From the IMG/VR virus record IMGVR_UViG_3300042519_001676, positions 20,295-84,294 of that record: a stretch of 64,000 nucleotides of DNA. One strand, written 5' to 3'. Both the position numbers and the translations under genes were made by a program. Below, one piece after another: positions 29,153-43,200 of the stretch (within the stretch, counting starts at the first letter, position 1; every line of letters begins with the position of its first letter). Source of the DNA: a virus. Under the pieces are notes generated by a model that worked only from the letters and a program-made list of their open reading frames with translations, searched no databases and was not told the DNA's origin.

Positions 29153-29335
29153 TTATTCTTTACCAGGTCCCATTGCACCTTGGCCGCCTGCGGCCTGTTG
29201 TTCTTGAAGTTGCGGTGCGACTTGCTGACGGATTGAGTCAACAACAGCAAAGCATTGTTCGTAAGGTAGTTTGCCTAAACCCGCCATGATGGTGTTTAGT
29301 TCGTTCATATCTAAAGTTAAATTAATCTTGTTCAT
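29153..29335 (-). CDS. Small hypothetical protein
   Basis: 60 aa, LGKLPY motif; SD GGAG and TATAAATA at 29357-29364. Confidence 0.7.
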   Translation of the reverse strand: MNKINLTLDMNELNTIMAGLGKLPYEQCFAVVDSIRQQVAPQLQEQQAAGGQGAMGPGKE

Positions 29336-29395
29336 AAAAGCTCCGTTAAGGTATATTATTTATATACCAATATAATCTATTGGTATTTTCTGAGT

Positions 29396-29788
29396 TTAAG
29401 GTTGTAAAGACGGGTCGGCAACAGATGCTGCTCCCGGTTCAGCAATAGACGCTGTTCCTTTACCTGGTGCCCACGGCAATTCTGGTTGAGAAATTGCGGC
29501 ACTGTTTATTTTATCTTGTATTCTTGCATTAACATGCTGTTCGTAATCGCCCACTACTACTGCTTTAATCCAATTTAACACAGTTTCTTCAGTCAGTTGT
29601 TCAAAAGCAATAAACTCTCCTGCTGGCACACTGGCTGCAGAAAAAGGTGTTGCACCTTCAAACGTTCCAGAATTACCGTTCTCGTCAGTGCCGGTCTTTT
29701 TCCAATAAGTTTGCACTACTGCATTAAGATTTTCGCCTTCAGTTCTAGTTCTAAGAGAAGTAATTTGCCATGTGTAAGTAACTGCCAT
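29396..29788 (-). CDS. Small fibre-associated protein, TYTW family (paralog 3)
   Basis: MAVTYTW, NAVVQTYW, FIAFEQLTEETVLNWI, LPW; SD GAGGA. Confidence 0.65.
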   Translation of the reverse strand: MAVTYTWQITSLRTRTEGENLNAVVQTYWKKTGTDENGNSGTFEGATPFSAASVPAGEFIAFEQLTEETVLNWIKAVVVGDYEQHVNARIQDKINSAAISQPELPWAPGKGTASIAEPGAASVADPSLQP

Positions 29789-29790
29789 AA

Positions 29791-30189
29791 TCAATCCTCT
29801 ACTGCATCGCTATAGTAATTTAGAGTTTTTAAGAAATCATATGCTTGTTCTACCACTGTTTTTGTAGATGCCATGTCAATAGACATCCAGAAATTAGTTT
29901 CTGATTTGGTTTCAACTCGCATGTCTGCAGGTACATCTGTAGGATAAACTCCAATATGTGCAATTGGTAATTTGCCTGCATCTCTTGCAGCTTTATTATA
30001 AAATACCTGTACGCATACTCTACCGTAGTATCCTTTTTTCCACTGCCAATCAGGACAGTTAGCCGGTCTAACACCTCCCGGATCCGGAATATCTGTTGGA
30101 ATCTTATGTGTTATAACTTGACTTATTACATGGTACGCAGAGTCGGCGTCAATACCATTAGCAAGTTCATACCTTTTAATTAGTGCCAT
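29791..30189 (-). CDS. Hypothetical fibre-associated protein
   Basis: MALIK..., [10 protein letters not shown]-terminus; overlaps the end of the fibre gene. Confidence 0.65.
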   Translation of the reverse strand: MALIKRYELANGIDADSAYHVISQVITHKIPTDIPDPGGVRPANCPDWQWKKGYYGRVCVQVFYNKAARDAGKLPIAHIGVYPTDVPADMRVETKSETNFWMSIDMASTKTVVEQAYDFLKTLNYYSDAVED

Positions 30190-33100
30190 TTTTTATTATT
30201 TCCTTGAGTTCATCAATTTCAGCTTTTAGATCTTTAATCGCCTGGATTAAGAACGGCGTAATCTTGTCGTATTTAACAGTTAGGTAACTCTCGATGTTAG
30301 AATCTTTGCCAGCACATCTACCTGCTTTGTTTTCAGCTACGGCAATTGGTAAAATTTCTTGTACTTCTTGTGCAATCAGTGCAGTTTCGACCTGCCCTTC
30401 GTAGAAACCGTCATTGACTTTGGTTGCTAATTCGTTCCATTCGAAGCTAGACGGTACTAGACGATCAACTAATGCTAAACCGGATCCTTTTTCTAGAGGT
30501 TTGATGTTCTGCTTTAATCTACGATCGGACCAGTAGGCGGTAACTTCACCACGTGCGTACAGGTTATTTCCGCTGTGATAAATTCTCCAACCGTTGCCCG
30601 AACGATGAATACCTCCGTCACCGTCGTTCATCATCAGTGTAGAACCAGATGCAAAATAGATACCATACCAGCCGTTACGAGTTCCGTCCATACGCCAAGA
30701 ACCGTAGTCACCGTTGTTTGGATATATGTGAGCACCGTTTGTATCGGAATAAATTCCTTGATGTCCGGAAACGTTTATCCAGCGATCTATAAAGATGTAA
30801 TTGCTGCTACCGTTGACCTGCATAACACGACCACTCATATCGTAGTCTGTGTAGAAACGCATACCTTCGTAGCTAAGGTTTGCACCAAACTTTAGACCAG
30901 TATGGAATGCAATTCTTAAGTCAGGGTATGGGAATCCCCAGCCGCCGCCTTCTTGGAATATCGAGTAAGCACGAGTTCCGTTACCGCTATCCCCGCCTTC
31001 GCCTTTAAAGCTCAACCAACGAACTGTGGTACCTTCTGTGTTAAGTACGTTTACGTTACTGGTACTTGCAGGGTCAGTATAGTAACCAGTATTGTTTCTA
31101 TCATAATAGATATAGGCTCTTGCATCGTCTAAGTATGTAATACGATACAGTTCCATGTTGGCATTGCCAGCTTCCATACGCAACTGCCAGTTACCTGAAC
31201 TGTTTAATAAACCAAATTCATTACCAGTAGTACCATATAGGTAACCCATAACGGTGCCTTGATAACCGTTACGTAATCTAATACCACCAGTGCCTTGCTG
31301 GCCTGCATCCCAATAGTTTCCGTTGATACTGTACCAATGGTTAGCCGTTGCTTGATTATATAGACCCTGGCCGGCATTATTATTACGGAACCAGCCGTTG
31401 TTATAGATATCACTAAATGTAACACTGCCTTGGCCGTTGACCACATAACCAGGTCCGTTACTCAACTGACTTAGGTTGGATAAGTTTCCTGCATGCCATA
31501 CTAAATGTTGGCTGTCAGTTGCATAGAAATTACCATCTGCATATACGTTAACTTGGCCGCCAGTTGATGAGAATCCCCAATTAACTGTACCACCACTGTA
31601 TTGATAACCAAATGCCGCACTTGGCCATACACTAGGTCCTATAAAGTTAGCACCGTTTTGTATGCTGCTTACTGCACCGCCTGAGGTAATAAATCCAGGT
31701 CCGTTGGTTAACTGACTTAGGTTAGTTAAATTACCACTATCCCATACAGTATATTGTGTACCAGCACCGTAAGTTGAACGGTTAACGTAAATTGTTCCCT
31801 GATCCCATCTCCACTGCCATCCGTAACTGTTGTTATGGAATCCAGTAGTATTTGAGTTTATCATTAACGATACGTTACCGCTAATATATCCTGTAAATTC
31901 AATACCACCCCAACCGTTTTTACGTCCTTCAGAATACCATGAACCGTAGCTGTTAGGGTTTGGATAAAAATGTGGTGCATTATTAAAGCCGCCAATTGGT
32001 GCGTACAGACCATGATTGCCTGTTAACTGCAACCAAGTGTCTACTTGATAATATGCATTACCAAACTTGCCTAAGAATCCAGGTCCGTTAGTCAACTGAC
32101 TCAGATTTGTTAAGTTGAAGTTGTTCCAAATTCTACGCCATGTACCGTAACTGCCGTTTTCAATACGTCTGTTGTAAATTTCACCGTCGTCATAGAAACT
32201 AGCAGCCCACTGATTACCAAAGTTATTACCGGTGTTGGTATGACGAGTATGTAATGCGGTATACCAAGTACCGGTCGGTGTGCCGTTGTTATAGGCGTTA
32301 TAGAATCCGGATGGTAACGCTGCTGTTAATCCTGTTTCTCTAGTCTTAGTTGAGTTATCACCGTAGACAAACCTGTCGTAATAAATTCCACCTAGGTTAT
32401 CAACACTACCGCTGCTGGTAATAAATCCGGGTCCGTTAGTTAACTGACTTAGGTTAGTTAAGTTGCCGCTATCCCAGTTGGTAAATGCACTACCTCTAGT
32501 ATAGATAGGTCGACCACTGTAATAGTTTAAGTATAGATCGTAACCGTTGGCTGCATCAATGTGCAGGTTGCCGTTAGTTGCTGCCACAGTAGCACGAGTC
32601 GCATCAGTGCGGCCGTTACCGCCAATAATTAAATCGGCACCCCAGGAACTGTTTGGTCCAAAATATGATCTACTATCGCCTTGGTGTCTAGTATCTCCGT
32701 TAATATGTAATCTTGTTGTAGGATCAGTAACGTTAATACCCACAAATCCATCAACTGGATCGATGGTCATGCGTTCGATAGGAAGATCAGTTCCGCCACC
32801 AGTTGTACCTGTACCTGGCTTAGTTGCAAATACCAAGAAGCTACGCTCGCTACCCGGAGTATCGTGCAGTCTTAAACCTACCCAGGCATGTGGTGAAATA
32901 TTATAGCTGGTATTGTCTGCATTCAGTGTTCCGCCTGAGTAGTTTAGCAAGTGGTTAAATGCAATGCCGCCGTAGTAACTGTTTGCAGTTGTTACACGAC
33001 TAGTTGCAGGGCCAACTTGCAGTGCATAAGAATCACTGTTAATAGTGCTTGCCCCAGTTCCGCTTGAATGGAACATGTGCTTACCGCCGCGGAAATCTAG

Positions 33101-36100
33101 CGGGCTAGTGTAGTACGCAGTAATGTATCCCGGACCGTTGCTTAACTGACTTAGGTTAGTTAAACTGTAATTAGTGTGTGCTCGTGCCGCAGTAACTGGG
33201 CCGGTTTCCACAGTGTCAAATGCTGTTGGGAAAGTAATTGCCCAATCATCATTCCAGTCTGTATTACCGTAGGCATTATATCCAGCTTGGAATTCAGTAA
33301 TGAATACCTGAGGATACGTCCATGCTGTGCTAGTTTCACCAATCCAAATTGCATTTCTTGTGCCGTCGTGGCCCCAACGGACATTTAAGTCTCCGCCGCC
33401 ATGTGTGATCTGATGTGCAAAAACGTTGTACCAACCACCTGGTCCGTAGTTGTAACCACCTAGTTCAATTGTTCTACTTGTGCCTGCATTGCCGCCTGCG
33501 TATTCGTAGATCTTGACAGTCATTCGCATCATTGTAGATGATCTAAACTGCGGTAATCTAATCTTAATTGCACCTGTTACTGTGCTTGTGCCAGTAACAT
33601 ATGATCCACCACCCGGTGCGTAAACTTTTAAACCATTATTATTGTCAGTTAAACCACCGTTGGTAGTTAACACATATTGGAATGTGGCTGCACCGCCACC
33701 TGTGACAAATCCCGGGCCGTTGCTTAACTGGTTAACGTTGGTCAGGTTACCGGCATGCCAGATAACGTTAGTACCCACATACGGATTATAACCAAATGTT
33801 GTTCTACCAGTGGACGCACTTATATCAAACGCTGCATCGGCCCTTGCTGCAATACCTCCAGTAAATCCGTTCTTCATAATGACAAAGCCATCATTATAAA
33901 CAGAAGTCGCCATCTTACCAACAAACCATGCAGTTGTACTACCTGCAACTAGTGGGAATAAAATAGCTGAGTATGTATTTGCATTAGGATTAACTCTAAT
34001 ACCTTCTGACCAGTTTCCGGCACCTGTTGTATTAATTGTTAGGGCAGGGACTCCAACTCCGCTGCCGTTTAATGTACTACCTGTAGGAGCCCATGTAGCA
34101 AAATCAGTAATAGTGCCGCCAGTAGTTGTCCAACTGTTTCCGTTACCAAAAGTTAAAGTACCGTTGGCTGCACGGATCACGCTAGGGTTGTTAGCACCCG
34201 AGCTGTCCTGATTACCCATCAACAGACTTTGTACTCCTGATGTTGCAGTAATTCTTACATATCCCTGGAATGCTGCTTCACCAGCAACATCTAATTCAAA
34301 AACAGGTGCCGCAGTACTACCAATTCGCATCTTGCCGCCACCACCGGCAGCATAGACATCAGCATTTACATAGTGATTTAAATATACGCCTTTGCCCGTA
34401 GTAGAGCCGTCAATAATAACTTGACCTTCTCCGTAACCTTTGATGTTAGCTGCACCGGATGCACGATCTAAGTAAAGAATGTCAGTTCGTTGATCAGTTG
34501 CATCATATATTGCTGCGGAGCAGATGTACCATGTTAAAGGAGCACCTGCTGTAGGTGTTGGACTACCAGTAACGTAGAAGAAGTGCGTTGAACTGAATGT
34601 TCCTGAATCACCGCAGATTACTACATATGCGTATTCTTCCCACTTGCCTGTGCCTACATTGTTTGTTGCCCAATAGCTTTGGCCGTTTGTTCCGATAGAA
34701 TTACTTGCCCAGGTTAACGTGTAGCCAGCCGGCAGTCTAGCTTTAAATCTTGCTACTAAAATTGCATTGGCTCTAGTGCCTACAGCAAAGTAGAATCCGC
34801 CGAATCCGGGACTTTGACTGCTGCCTGTATGCTGTACCTGCAACACAAATCCAGAAGTAGTAGGAGTACCCGACGGTGCTGCAATTCGAGTGATAGCAGT
34901 TTGTCCAGAACTTGCGTTATCGTAAACTGCAATACTGTTAGTTCCGTTAAAGAAATTCTCATCAAGATAGTTTGCGTGTTTCTTTCCCGGTGCACCTAGT
35001 GCATTAAATGATAAAGTTGGGCCGCCACTCAGTGTTGTTTCAACATGATCCCACGATGTCTTACCGTCAAATCTTAGGCCACCACCAATGTTTAAATTAG
35101 TACCGTCAAACGTTAAGTTTGCACTGCCTGCAAATAAGTTACCACTGTCTTTATAAACAACCTGATTAGCACTGCCTGCACCAATACCTGCACCTGCTTG
35201 ACCTGTTGCACCAATTTCTCCCATTGCACCAAATGCCACATTAGTAATTGCCACCGCAGTAGTTTGTAAACTAGAGTCAAAATGTAGCGGAGAACTAGAA
35301 ACAGCTCTTGCTGTTGTTTTTAACAGTGTTGCATTTTGCCAGTATCTAACATTGCCACCGTCGTATGTGATTGTAAATTTGTCAGCAGTAGTATATGCAC
35401 CACCAGTTAATACTGATGCACCTGCTTCATAAATTGCCACGGTGCCGGCATTAAAATAGATTGCATAATCAAGTGTGTCAAAGCTGGCGTTGTTTGCTGG
35501 GTCAGAGTTAAGACCAAACATTGCACGACCAGTGGTGTTGTTAACACTGGCACTTGCATATGCACCGCGGACGAATCCTTCCGCTGAATAAACTTGTACA
35601 TCCCAGTTTCCGTTAGTTCCACCAGTTTTAGTGAATAGAGAATAGTTAGTAGATGTAATGCCTGCACTGATAATTGGAGTCCAATATCCTGCACCAGTAA
35701 TACCTGTTGATCCTGTTAGGCCGGTAGCACCTGTTGCACCTGTACTGCCTCCAGTACCTGTTGGGCCAGTAGCACCTGTTGAACCTGTTAGGCCAGTTGC
35801 ACCTGTGGCACCGGTTGCACCTGTAAATCCAGTAGCACCTGTTGATCCTATTGCACCTGTTCCACCGTTTGCACCAGCACCGCCTGTAGGTCCTGTGGCA
35901 CCAGTTGTACCTTGATTTCCTTGTATACCAGTTGCACCTGTAGCACCTGTACCGCCTCCGGTACCTTGTGCTCCGGTAGTTCCTGTTAAACCAGTAGAAC
36001 CTACCGGTCCTGTTGCACCGGTTGAACCAAACATACCAGTAACATCGATAGTCCAGTTTGCATATGGTCCAGCACCGTTAGTCCCACCAACATAGTCTAC

Positions 36101-37186
36101 GTTCACAGTGATTGCTAAACCTACAATGCCTGTAATAGTACCTTCCATGTAGTTAACTGGAATAGCTGGATACACAATGCGAACACGCATACCCACACTG
36201 AACGCACTGGCTTTGTTTACTGTCCAAGTCTTGCTGCCGGTTGCATTAGTGTTTGATGTTGAACTGGTAATATCATATCCTAGTCCAGTAGCACCTGTTC
36301 CACCTATACTACCATTAGAGCCAGCTGCACCAGTTGCACCTTGCAAACCAGTGGCACCAGTTGCACCTTGCAAACCAGTGGCACCAGTTGCACCTGTAAA
36401 GCCAGTAGCACCTGTAGCACCTGTAGAGCCTGCATTACCAACGTTACCCGCAGCACCTGTTGCACCCTGGACACCCGTTGATCCACGCTGTCCTGTTGCA
36501 CCTGTTGCACCAATACCACCTGTAGCACCAGCTTGACCAGTTGCACCTGTAGCACCAAGTTGTCCTGTTGCACCCGTAGCACCTGCATTACCAACACCGC
36601 CCGCACCACCTGTGGCACCAATTGGGCCAGTGGCACCTGTTGCACCCGGATAACCAGTTGCACCCTGAGGACCTGTTGATCCTGTGCTGCCTCGTAGACC
36701 AGTAGCACCTGTACTTCCCGGCAATCCAGTAGCACCTGTTGCACCAGTAGCACCTGTTGGACCAGTAGCACCTGTGCCGCCGCCTACACCTGCTCCACCT
36801 GCAGTACCTGTGGCACCTTGTGGACCTGTGGCACCAGTTGTACCTTGTGGGCCTGTGGCACCAGTTGTACCTCGTAGACCTGTTGCACCGGTTGAACCAG
36901 TAGCACCTGTTGGGCCAGTAGCACCTGTTGCTCCCTGCAGACCAGTAGCACCTGTTGCACCAGTTGCACCTGTAGAACCAACTGGTCCTGTAGCACCTGT
37001 GGCTCCAGAAACGCCGCTTGCACCGGTTCCTGGGGCAATAAATGCCAAAGTTCCCTGTGTATCGACAAGACCAATAAGCCAACCGCTGGTGTTAGCACTC
37101 TGTGGTAAGGTTAAGGTCACTGTACCTGTAGTCGGAGACTTCAGTGTTACATTACCTTGTGGACTGGTATCAAAATTAATTGCCAT
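30176..37186 (-). CDS. Giant collagen-like tail fibre with C-terminal intramolecular chaperone (peptidase S74-type)
   Basis: Long G-X-T triplet tracts, modular middle, [10 protein letters not shown]...[10 protein letters not shown]...[17 protein letters not shown]. Confidence 0.85.
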   Translation of the reverse strand: MAINFDTSPQGNVTLKSPTTGTVTLTLPQSANTSGWLIGLVDTQGTLAFIAPGTGASGVSGATGATGPVGSTGATGATGATGLQGATGATGPTGATGSTGATGLRGTTGATGPQGTTGATGPQGATGTAGGAGVGGGTGATGPTGATGATGATGLPGSTGATGLRGSTGSTGPQGATGYPGATGATGPIGATGGAGGVGNAGATGATGQLGATGATGQAGATGGIGATGATGQRGSTGVQGATGAAGNVGNAGSTGATGATGFTGATGATGLQGATGATGLQGATGAAGSNGSIGGTGATGLGYDITSSTSNTNATGSKTWTVNKASAFSVGMRVRIVYPAIPVNYMEGTITGIVGLAITVNVDYVGGTNGAGPYANWTIDVTGMFGSTGATGPVGSTGLTGTTGAQGTGGGTGATGATGIQGNQGTTGATGPTGGAGANGGTGAIGSTGATGFTGATGATGATGLTGSTGATGPTGTGGSTGATGATGLTGSTGITGAGYWTPIISAGITSTNYSLFTKTGGTNGNWDVQVYSAEGFVRGAYASASVNNTTGRAMFGLNSDPANNASFDTLDYAIYFNAGTVAIYEAGASVLTGGAYTTADKFTITYDGGNVRYWQNATLLKTTARAVSSSPLHFDSSLQTTAVAITNVAFGAMGEIGATGQAGAGIGAGSANQVVYKDSGNLFAGSANLTFDGTNLNIGGGLRFDGKTSWDHVETTLSGGPTLSFNALGAPGKKHANYLDENFFNGTNSIAVYDNASSGQTAITRIAAPSGTPTTSGFVLQVQHTGSSQSPGFGGFYFAVGTRANAILVARFKARLPAGYTLTWASNSIGTNGQSYWATNNVGTGKWEEYAYVVICGDSGTFSSTHFFYVTGSPTPTAGAPLTWYICSAAIYDATDQRTDILYLDRASGAANIKGYGEGQVIIDGSTTGKGVYLNHYVNADVYAAGGGGKMRIGSTAAPVFELDVAGEAAFQGYVRITATSGVQSLLMGNQDSSGANNPSVIRAANGTLTFGNGNSWTTTGGTITDFATWAPTGSTLNGSGVGVPALTINTTGAGNWSEGIRVNPNANTYSAILFPLVAGSTTAWFVGKMATSVYNDGFVIMKNGFTGGIAARADAAFDISASTGRTTFGYNPYVGTNVIWHAGNLTNVNQLSNGPGFVTGGGAATFQYVLTTNGGLTDNNNGLKVYAPGGGSYVTGTSTVTGAIKIRLPQFRSSTMMRMTVKIYEYAGGNAGTSRTIELGGYNYGPGGWYNVFAHQITHGGGDLNVRWGHDGTRNAIWIGETSTAWTYPQVFITEFQAGYNAYGNTDWNDDWAITFPTAFDTVETGPVTAARAHTNYSLTNLSQLSNGPGYITAYYTSPLDFRGGKHMFHSSGTGASTINSDSYALQVGPATSRVTTANSYYGGIAFNHLLNYSGGTLNADNTSYNISPHAWVGLRLHDTPGSERSFLVFATKPGTGTTGGGTDLPIERMTIDPVDGFVGINVTDPTTRLHINGDTRHQGDSRSYFGPNSSWGADLIIGGNGRTDATRATVAATNGNLHIDAANGYDLYLNYYSGRPIYTRGSAFTNWDSGNLTNLSQLTNGPGFITSSGSVDNLGGIYYDRFVYGDNSTKTRETGLTAALPSGFYNAYNNGTPTGTWYTALHTRHTNTGNNFGNQWAASFYDDGEIYNRRIENGSYGTWRRIWNNFNLTNLSQLTNGPGFLGKFGNAYYQVDTWLQLTGNHGLYAPIGGFNNAPHFYPNPNSYGSWYSEGRKNGWGGIEFTGYISGNVSLMINSNTTGFHNNSYGWQWRWDQGTIYVNRSTYGAGTQYTVWDSGNLTNLSQLTNGPGFITSGGAVSSIQNGANFIGPSVWPSAAFGYQYSGGTVNWGFSSTGGQVNVYADGNFYATDSQHLVWHAGNLSNLSQLSNGPGYVVNGQGSVTFSDIYNNGWFRNNNAGQGLYNQATANHWYSINGNYWDAGQQGTGGIRLRNGYQGTVMGYLYGTTGNEFGLLNSSGNWQLRMEAGNANMELYRITYLDDARAYIYYDRNNTGYYTDPASTSNVNVLNTEGTTVRWLSFKGEGGDSGNGTRAYSIFQEGGGWGFPYPDLRIAFHTGLKFGANLSYEGMRFYTDYDMSGRVMQVNGSSNYIFIDRWINVSGHQGIYSDTNGAHIYPNNGDYGSWRMDGTRNGWYGIYFASGSTLMMNDGDGGIHRSGNGWRIYHSGNNLYARGEVTAYWSDRRLKQNIKPLEKGSGLALVDRLVPSSFEWNELATKVNDGFYEGQVETALIAQEVQEILPIAVAENKAGRCAGKDSNIESYLTVKYDKITPFLIQAIKDLKAEIDELKEIIKNGTN
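31445..33760 (-). repeat. Six dispersed direct repeats (about 50 bp) encoding W-x-x-x-NL(T/S)NL(S)QL(T/S)NGPG[FY]
   Basis: Copies near 31445, 31691, 32075, 32423, 33125, 33707. Confidence 0.85.
35690..37030 (-). repeat. Collagen-like Gly-X-Y repeat region (GAT/GPT/GST) in two tracts
   Basis: 9-bp periodicity; exact 27-bp tandem duplication at 36327-36380; non-collagen insert at about 36030-36285. Confidence 0.9.
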
Positions 37187-37227
37187 AGTTACTCAATTGT
37201 TATTCAGTATTTATTAGTTCAAAACTA

Positions 37228-40200
37228 TCAGGTCGTAACCTCAACAGTTTCCACTTTTGCCACAAATCGTACACTGCCGCTTGCGACGCCTATTGCTTGA
37301 ACACTTAAACCTCCGTTTACTGCATCAGCTACAACATTCACATCGTATGCCTGACTTGCCCAAATTTTTGTTTTGTTAACTGTGCGTACCACAGTTGTGT
37401 TTGCACCTGCATATCTAGAAATAGATCCGCTAAACTCCCATGCACCTTCATCGTTACTGGTAGTAGACTTTGCAGTGGCAAATACTTTAAACATATAACT
37501 AGAATTATCAGGAAGAATAACTTGATTGTTTGTAGTTGCAGTAGTGTTATTCACAGTCAAAGTAAATGTAGAAGTTGAAGTTGCTAATCCTCGTAAAATG
37601 TATGACCCGGATTGTGCATCTCCTGCTGCTGCAAATGTTCCATTTGAAACTATATTTGCATCTAAAATTCCTCGAGTAGTTGCACCGTCGCCGAGAACAA
37701 TGTTATCGCCAACTGCTAGGCCGCCTGTAATAACTACCGCAGCACTTTGAGTATTAATTGCAGTTTGTGTACTTCTAAAATTAGTCAGTGTACTGCCAAC
37801 AGTTAATACACCCAACGCACCTGTTATGGTAGAACCAATATTAATGTTGGCAATAGATGTAGCAACACCAGCAGTACCAATGTTAACTGTTTTTAGTGTT
37901 GCAGCTAAAGTTGCTGCTGATGCAATGTTTGCAGTCAGTGCCGCAGTATTGTTAGAAATATTAGCAGTTGTACCGCTGTGTGTTAACGTTCCAGCTACTG
38001 TTAAATCTTCAAAAGAGGTAACATCAGGATCGTCAATTGTTGCTGTAGCACCTAAACTTGTAACGCTTGCTGCCCAAGAGCTGTTTACAATCATAGCAGG
38101 TGTAACTGTTTGATATGCTGTGTTTGCTGGAATTTCTTCAGTAATCAGTGTCCAAATACGGCCACCAGCAACAGTTGAACGTCTCCAGTATTCAAAATCA
38201 CCAGATATAGGATCGTATGTTACTGTATGGTTAGTAGTGCCGACACTCAGTGCAGCCTCTCCGCTTTCTGATATCCAATATACTGTACCCAACACAGTTG
38301 ATACTGCATCTTTTACATAGCTAACCCATAGAACATCGTTGTCCATGTTATCACTATAAACTACACTAGCAGTGGCTTTAACTGCACTCTTTATTTTAAA
38401 GGTAGTGCTGTCGCCTACATTAGGCAGTGACCATGTCAAGCATTTAATCCACTGGTTTGTTCCCGGACTTGCACCAGCATATTCGCTGTGTTCAATGTAG
38501 CCAGGTGCACCAAATATGCTGCCTTCGACGTATAAATTCTTTTTAATACTTACACCGCCAGCAACTTGTACTGAGCCAGTTGCAGTGTTTGTGGCCTGAG
38601 ATGTATTATTAAAATATATAATTTGATTAGTTGACGAAGTTCTGCTGGTAATAGAATCTAATGTAGCAGTGCTCCAGATTGTGATTGCACCAAAGTTAGA
38701 CGATACTGCGGTGTCAGTTCCTGCAAAGATTTGACTTACACCAATACCGCCAGAACCTAAACTAGAAGTGGTTAATACTTCTAACCCTGCTGCATAAATT
38801 CTGTTGCCAACATATAAGTCACCGCCAATACCAGCACCGCCGGCAACAGTCAACGCACCAGATACTGTATTAGTTGCACTGGTAGTATTAACTAAATTCA
38901 AGCTGCCAAACTGTGCAGCACCCCAAGTTCCTGTATTAGAAAATAGTGCTGGAAATTCTTGGAAGCCGCCTGGCCAAATATCTGTCTTATAAACCAGCTT
39001 CTTGCTGGCATTGTCCATGCCAAGGAAAGAATGGTTATCGTATGTAGATGAAGATGAAGCCGTCGTACTGTAATGCAATAGTACGCCTCGATCAAAACCG
39101 TCATTGACATTTAAGTTAGTATTGTCAATGCCTGCACCAAGACTCAGAACCGGGTCAATTACGACTGTTTGAGTTGAATTTACATAGGTTTGTGTGCCAA
39201 AAACTTGTAAATTACCGTAAATTGCAGCGTTTCCGCCTACAATTAAATTACGGCCTATACCAACACCACCGGCAACAGTTAATGCACCTGCTGTAGAAGT
39301 ATTTGAATCTGTATTATTACTAATACTGATAGCATTGGTAGTAGTTGCACCTCTATTTGTAACAGATTGCAGGGTGGAAGTATTCCAAACAACTACCGTT
39401 CCAGTAGTTCTACTCACGCTAGTGTCTGTTCCTGCTGTTAGAGTCTGAACACCTAAATTAGTGAACGTCACAATACCAGTGGCCGAACTGACTCCAATGT
39501 AAGTTGATCCGACTGCGGCAATAACACCAGTGTTATTGATAGTAAAGCTGGTTGCGGTTCCGACGCTGATTTCATCAGTTATAGTAATACCAGAACCGGC
39601 AGTTGGATTTACATTGGTAACAACACGATTTCCGCTATCATATAACTCGGCTGCACGTACCTGTTTACCGACTCCCAACCCTCCGTAGATAACCACAGCA
39701 CCATCAGTAGTGGTTGTACTTGCAGTTGTATTTTCAAAGACCGCAGTAGCAGCAGGAGTTCCTTTTAAAGATACTGTAATTAATGCAGTTTCAATTGTTG
39801 CTTGTCCGCCAATACCAACACCACCAGAAACAACCAGTGCACCTGTTGATGTGCTGTTTGATACAGTATTATTGTTAATAATAATTGCGTTAGTTGTAGA
39901 ATTTCCTCTTTCGGTGACTAACTGTAATGTGTCAATAGACTCAATAATCACAGCACCGGTGCTGGTATTAACTGCAATACCAGAACCAGTAGTTAAACTG
40001 GTCACGCCATATGTGCCCAACGAAGCATTGGTGATTACTAAGCTGCCATTTGAATAAATGTTTGCAGCTTTGATATCCCCGCCTACTTCTAGTTGAGCAG
40101 TAGCAGTGGCAGTATTAATTCCAACAAAATTAGAACCTGATGAGCCGCCAGCAATTTTTACAACATCGTTTGCACCCAATGCCAGCGTTTGACTTCCTGC

Positions 40201-43200
40201 AGGTAATAGTTGGAAGTATCCTGTAAGGCCTGTACCAGTCCATAGTAAATCTACAATCCCGCCGACTGGGTCGTACCATGATTGTAGCTGATTTGTTCCG
40301 TTTACAGTTAACGCACTTCTGCTGTCAATTGCTCCCACAATAGGGCTTGACATGAATGTGACAAATTCGTTAACGTAGAGTTTTTTGCCTACATATAAGC
40401 CACCACTAATACCTACTGCTTTAGTACTTCCAGAAATTGTTGCCTGCGAAGTATTTGAGAATGTAACAGCATAAGGAGTAATGGCTCCACGCATTGTTAC
40501 ACTTTCTAAAGTGTCTGTTTCAGTAGTTAATACTTGAATACCATTTGAATAGATATTAGCAGCATATACATCGCCAGTAATACCTACTCCGCCGCGGACT
40601 GTTAACGCACCGCTGGTTGTGGAAGTACTAGATGCAGTGTTTAAAATAGTGATTGCCGCAGTGGTTGTTGATCCTCTGTTGGCAACAGTGTCTAGTGTAG
40701 ATGTGTTCCAAACAACTATAACACCAGTAGAAGAAGAAACTGCTGTGTCAGTACCTGCTGTTAGTGCAGTTACACCCAAATCTCCAATACTTGATTCAGT
40801 TACAACTGGACTTCCATTGGAGTATAAGTTGCTAGCATATAAGTTTCCGCCAACTCCTACTCCGCCAGTTACTACTAATGCACCAGTTGTGGTACCGGTT
40901 GAGTTAGTTACATTGGCAAAAGTCAATGCAACAGTGGTTGTTGATCCTCGTTGTGTAACAGTTTGAAGTGTAGATGTATTACTGATTGTAATAACGCCAC
41001 GGCCTGGATATGTAATGCCACTTTCAATATTAATGTCAGCACCGGCCAATGCCTGTGTTACAACATATTGGCCGATTGTTGCAGTTGAAACAATTAATCC
41101 GGTTGAATCAAAATATCTATTAGCGTATAAATCTCCGGCAAAGCTGCCGCCGCCTGCTACTTTTAATGCACCGCTGTTTAGCAACCCGCCGGCGTCGGTC
41201 CTCATTAATTCTAATGTGCCGAACTTTGCTGCACCCCAAGTACCAGAACTTGCAAAGCTAGGAGTATATGCTCCTGCAGGACCTGTTATAACTCCAGTTT
41301 TATAGATTAGAGTTTCACTATTATTATCCATACCCAAGAATGTTCTTGTGTATGTACTAGTTCCTGAGCCTGTGTTGTAATGTAATAATAAACCGCGATC
41401 AAAACCATCGTCAACTGTTAAATCTGTTCCGTCGGGGTTAATACCTAAATCTAGTATAGGGTCAACAATGCTGGTCTGTGTACTGTTAACAATTGTAGTT
41501 GTTCCTCGAACAACTAGATCCCCGACTATAGTTGCCTTACCGCCAACCCATAGGTCTTTAGCAATGCCAACACCGCCCCTAACTACTAATGCACCGGTCG
41601 TTGTGGACACTGCATTTTCAACACTTGTGGCTAAAATTTGTCCAGTAAAGTTTAATGCACCGTTAACTTGCAAATCACTTTCAATTGTGGTTAAACTACC
41701 TGCAGGATTTAAAGTTAAGTTACCGCTAATTGTCTGTATTGTGCTTCCAGAAAGCAACAACTGCCCTACTTGAATACTTGTAGGTTGTAAAACTGATGTG
41801 TTAACACCGTCACTGATTGTTAAGCTAGACAACGGCCCTAATCTAAAGTTAGCTGTACCAAAGTCAACGTTACCTGTACGTTGATTAATACGGAATTCAG
41901 GACCTACTCTAAAGTCACCTAAGTGGTCAACTGTTTGGAAGTATACTTTTGCACCATTTAATCTAACAATTTCATTTGCTTGAATTGCAAGGCTTGGGTC
42001 GTTGGTAAAGTCTTTTCCGCTACCAATGTGACTCATGTTAAAGGCAATTGCTTTAAAGTCAATACCTTCGCCATCTGCATATATACCGTAATTACCGTAG
42101 ACTACAGCAGATCCAATACTACGCAACTCTCCGCCAAACTGTCTGTAATCTGCAAGACTGATTTGTTGAGCACTGGCTACTACTGCCGCAGTATAAGTTC
42201 CAGTAGTGGAGTAAACGTTTTGACTGCCTAATCCGTCATCTGTAAAACTTGTACTTAAATTTGCACCGTCGCAGTGTAATAATACAGTTGTGCTATTGTC
42301 ACTTGCGTAAGCACTAGTTGGAGGTGTAAAAGATCCGGTGTATCTAGGAGTAGTGCTTATTCTAAGTTCGTCTAGATAACCTCGTAAACTTAACGTTGGT
42401 ACACCTGTATAGCCGCCAATTGTCAAACTATCTGCATTGGTTATATTTGCAGACGAAGTAGTAGTTGCTTCAAGGTTACCATTGATAAACAATCTATTAG
42501 TATTGCTTAAATCACGGCTCATCATTACATGATACCATGTGCCAGTGCTTAAGGTATTTGTAGAAGTAAATGCAATAGCACCGTGTTGTCCTGCAAGTTT
42601 GTTGTCTGCACCTACCCAAAGACCAAATGTTGTTGAAGGAGTAAGTCCTTTATTGACAACGTATTGCTTTCTGTTATTCTGTGTTAGGTGAATCCAAGCT
42701 TCAACGGTATAAGAACTAAACCCGTACTGTAAATCAGCATCGCTTACAATGTCTAATAAGTCGCCGTCGGTGGTAAAGTATGCTGCACCTGTTCCGAACT
42801 TGCGTTCAAAACTGCTGATTACTGTGGCATTGTAAACGTTAATTGTTTTACCAGTTCTGTCTGCTGCTTCAACAAACCCAGATGCCTTGCCGTCTAGGTA
42901 AACGTATTCGCTAGTGACTTCGTCAATTAATCCCGAAGCTAATAATGTACCAGTTGAACCAACATAATGTAGATTATGACCAACAGTGAATGTTCCTGTA
43001 CTGTTTGCTAGACGTAGTCTTGTACGGCCTTGACCACCCCAACCAACAGATCCGCTGGTACCAACAATACCCTTATCTGCAAAATAACTAAAACCGTTTA
43101 ATAATTCAACTCTTGTTCCGTTAGTAATATGTACCGCTTCACTGCTAGGAACAATAAAAGTTGCTTCGTTGAATAAAAAGGCTGCTTCGAGACTGGTAGG

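Noticed and set aside
29364-29386. Inverted repeat ATACCAATA-n5-TATTGGTAT
   Set aside because: AT-rich stem without a U-tract on the coding strand; cannot tell terminator, operator or chance
31445-33760. CRISPR-like array
   Set aside because: Repeats are degenerate, hundreds of bp apart at irregular spacing and lie within a coding frame
30176-37186. Diversity-generating retroelement or shufflon acting on the fibre
   Set aside because: No reverse transcriptase or invertase in the window; repeats are direct, in frame, and differences are not confined to adenines
35658-37217. Alternative-frame and antisense ORFs ([17 protein letters not shown] repeats)
   Set aside because: Shadows of the 9-bp collagen periodicity; no ribosome-binding sites or independent signals
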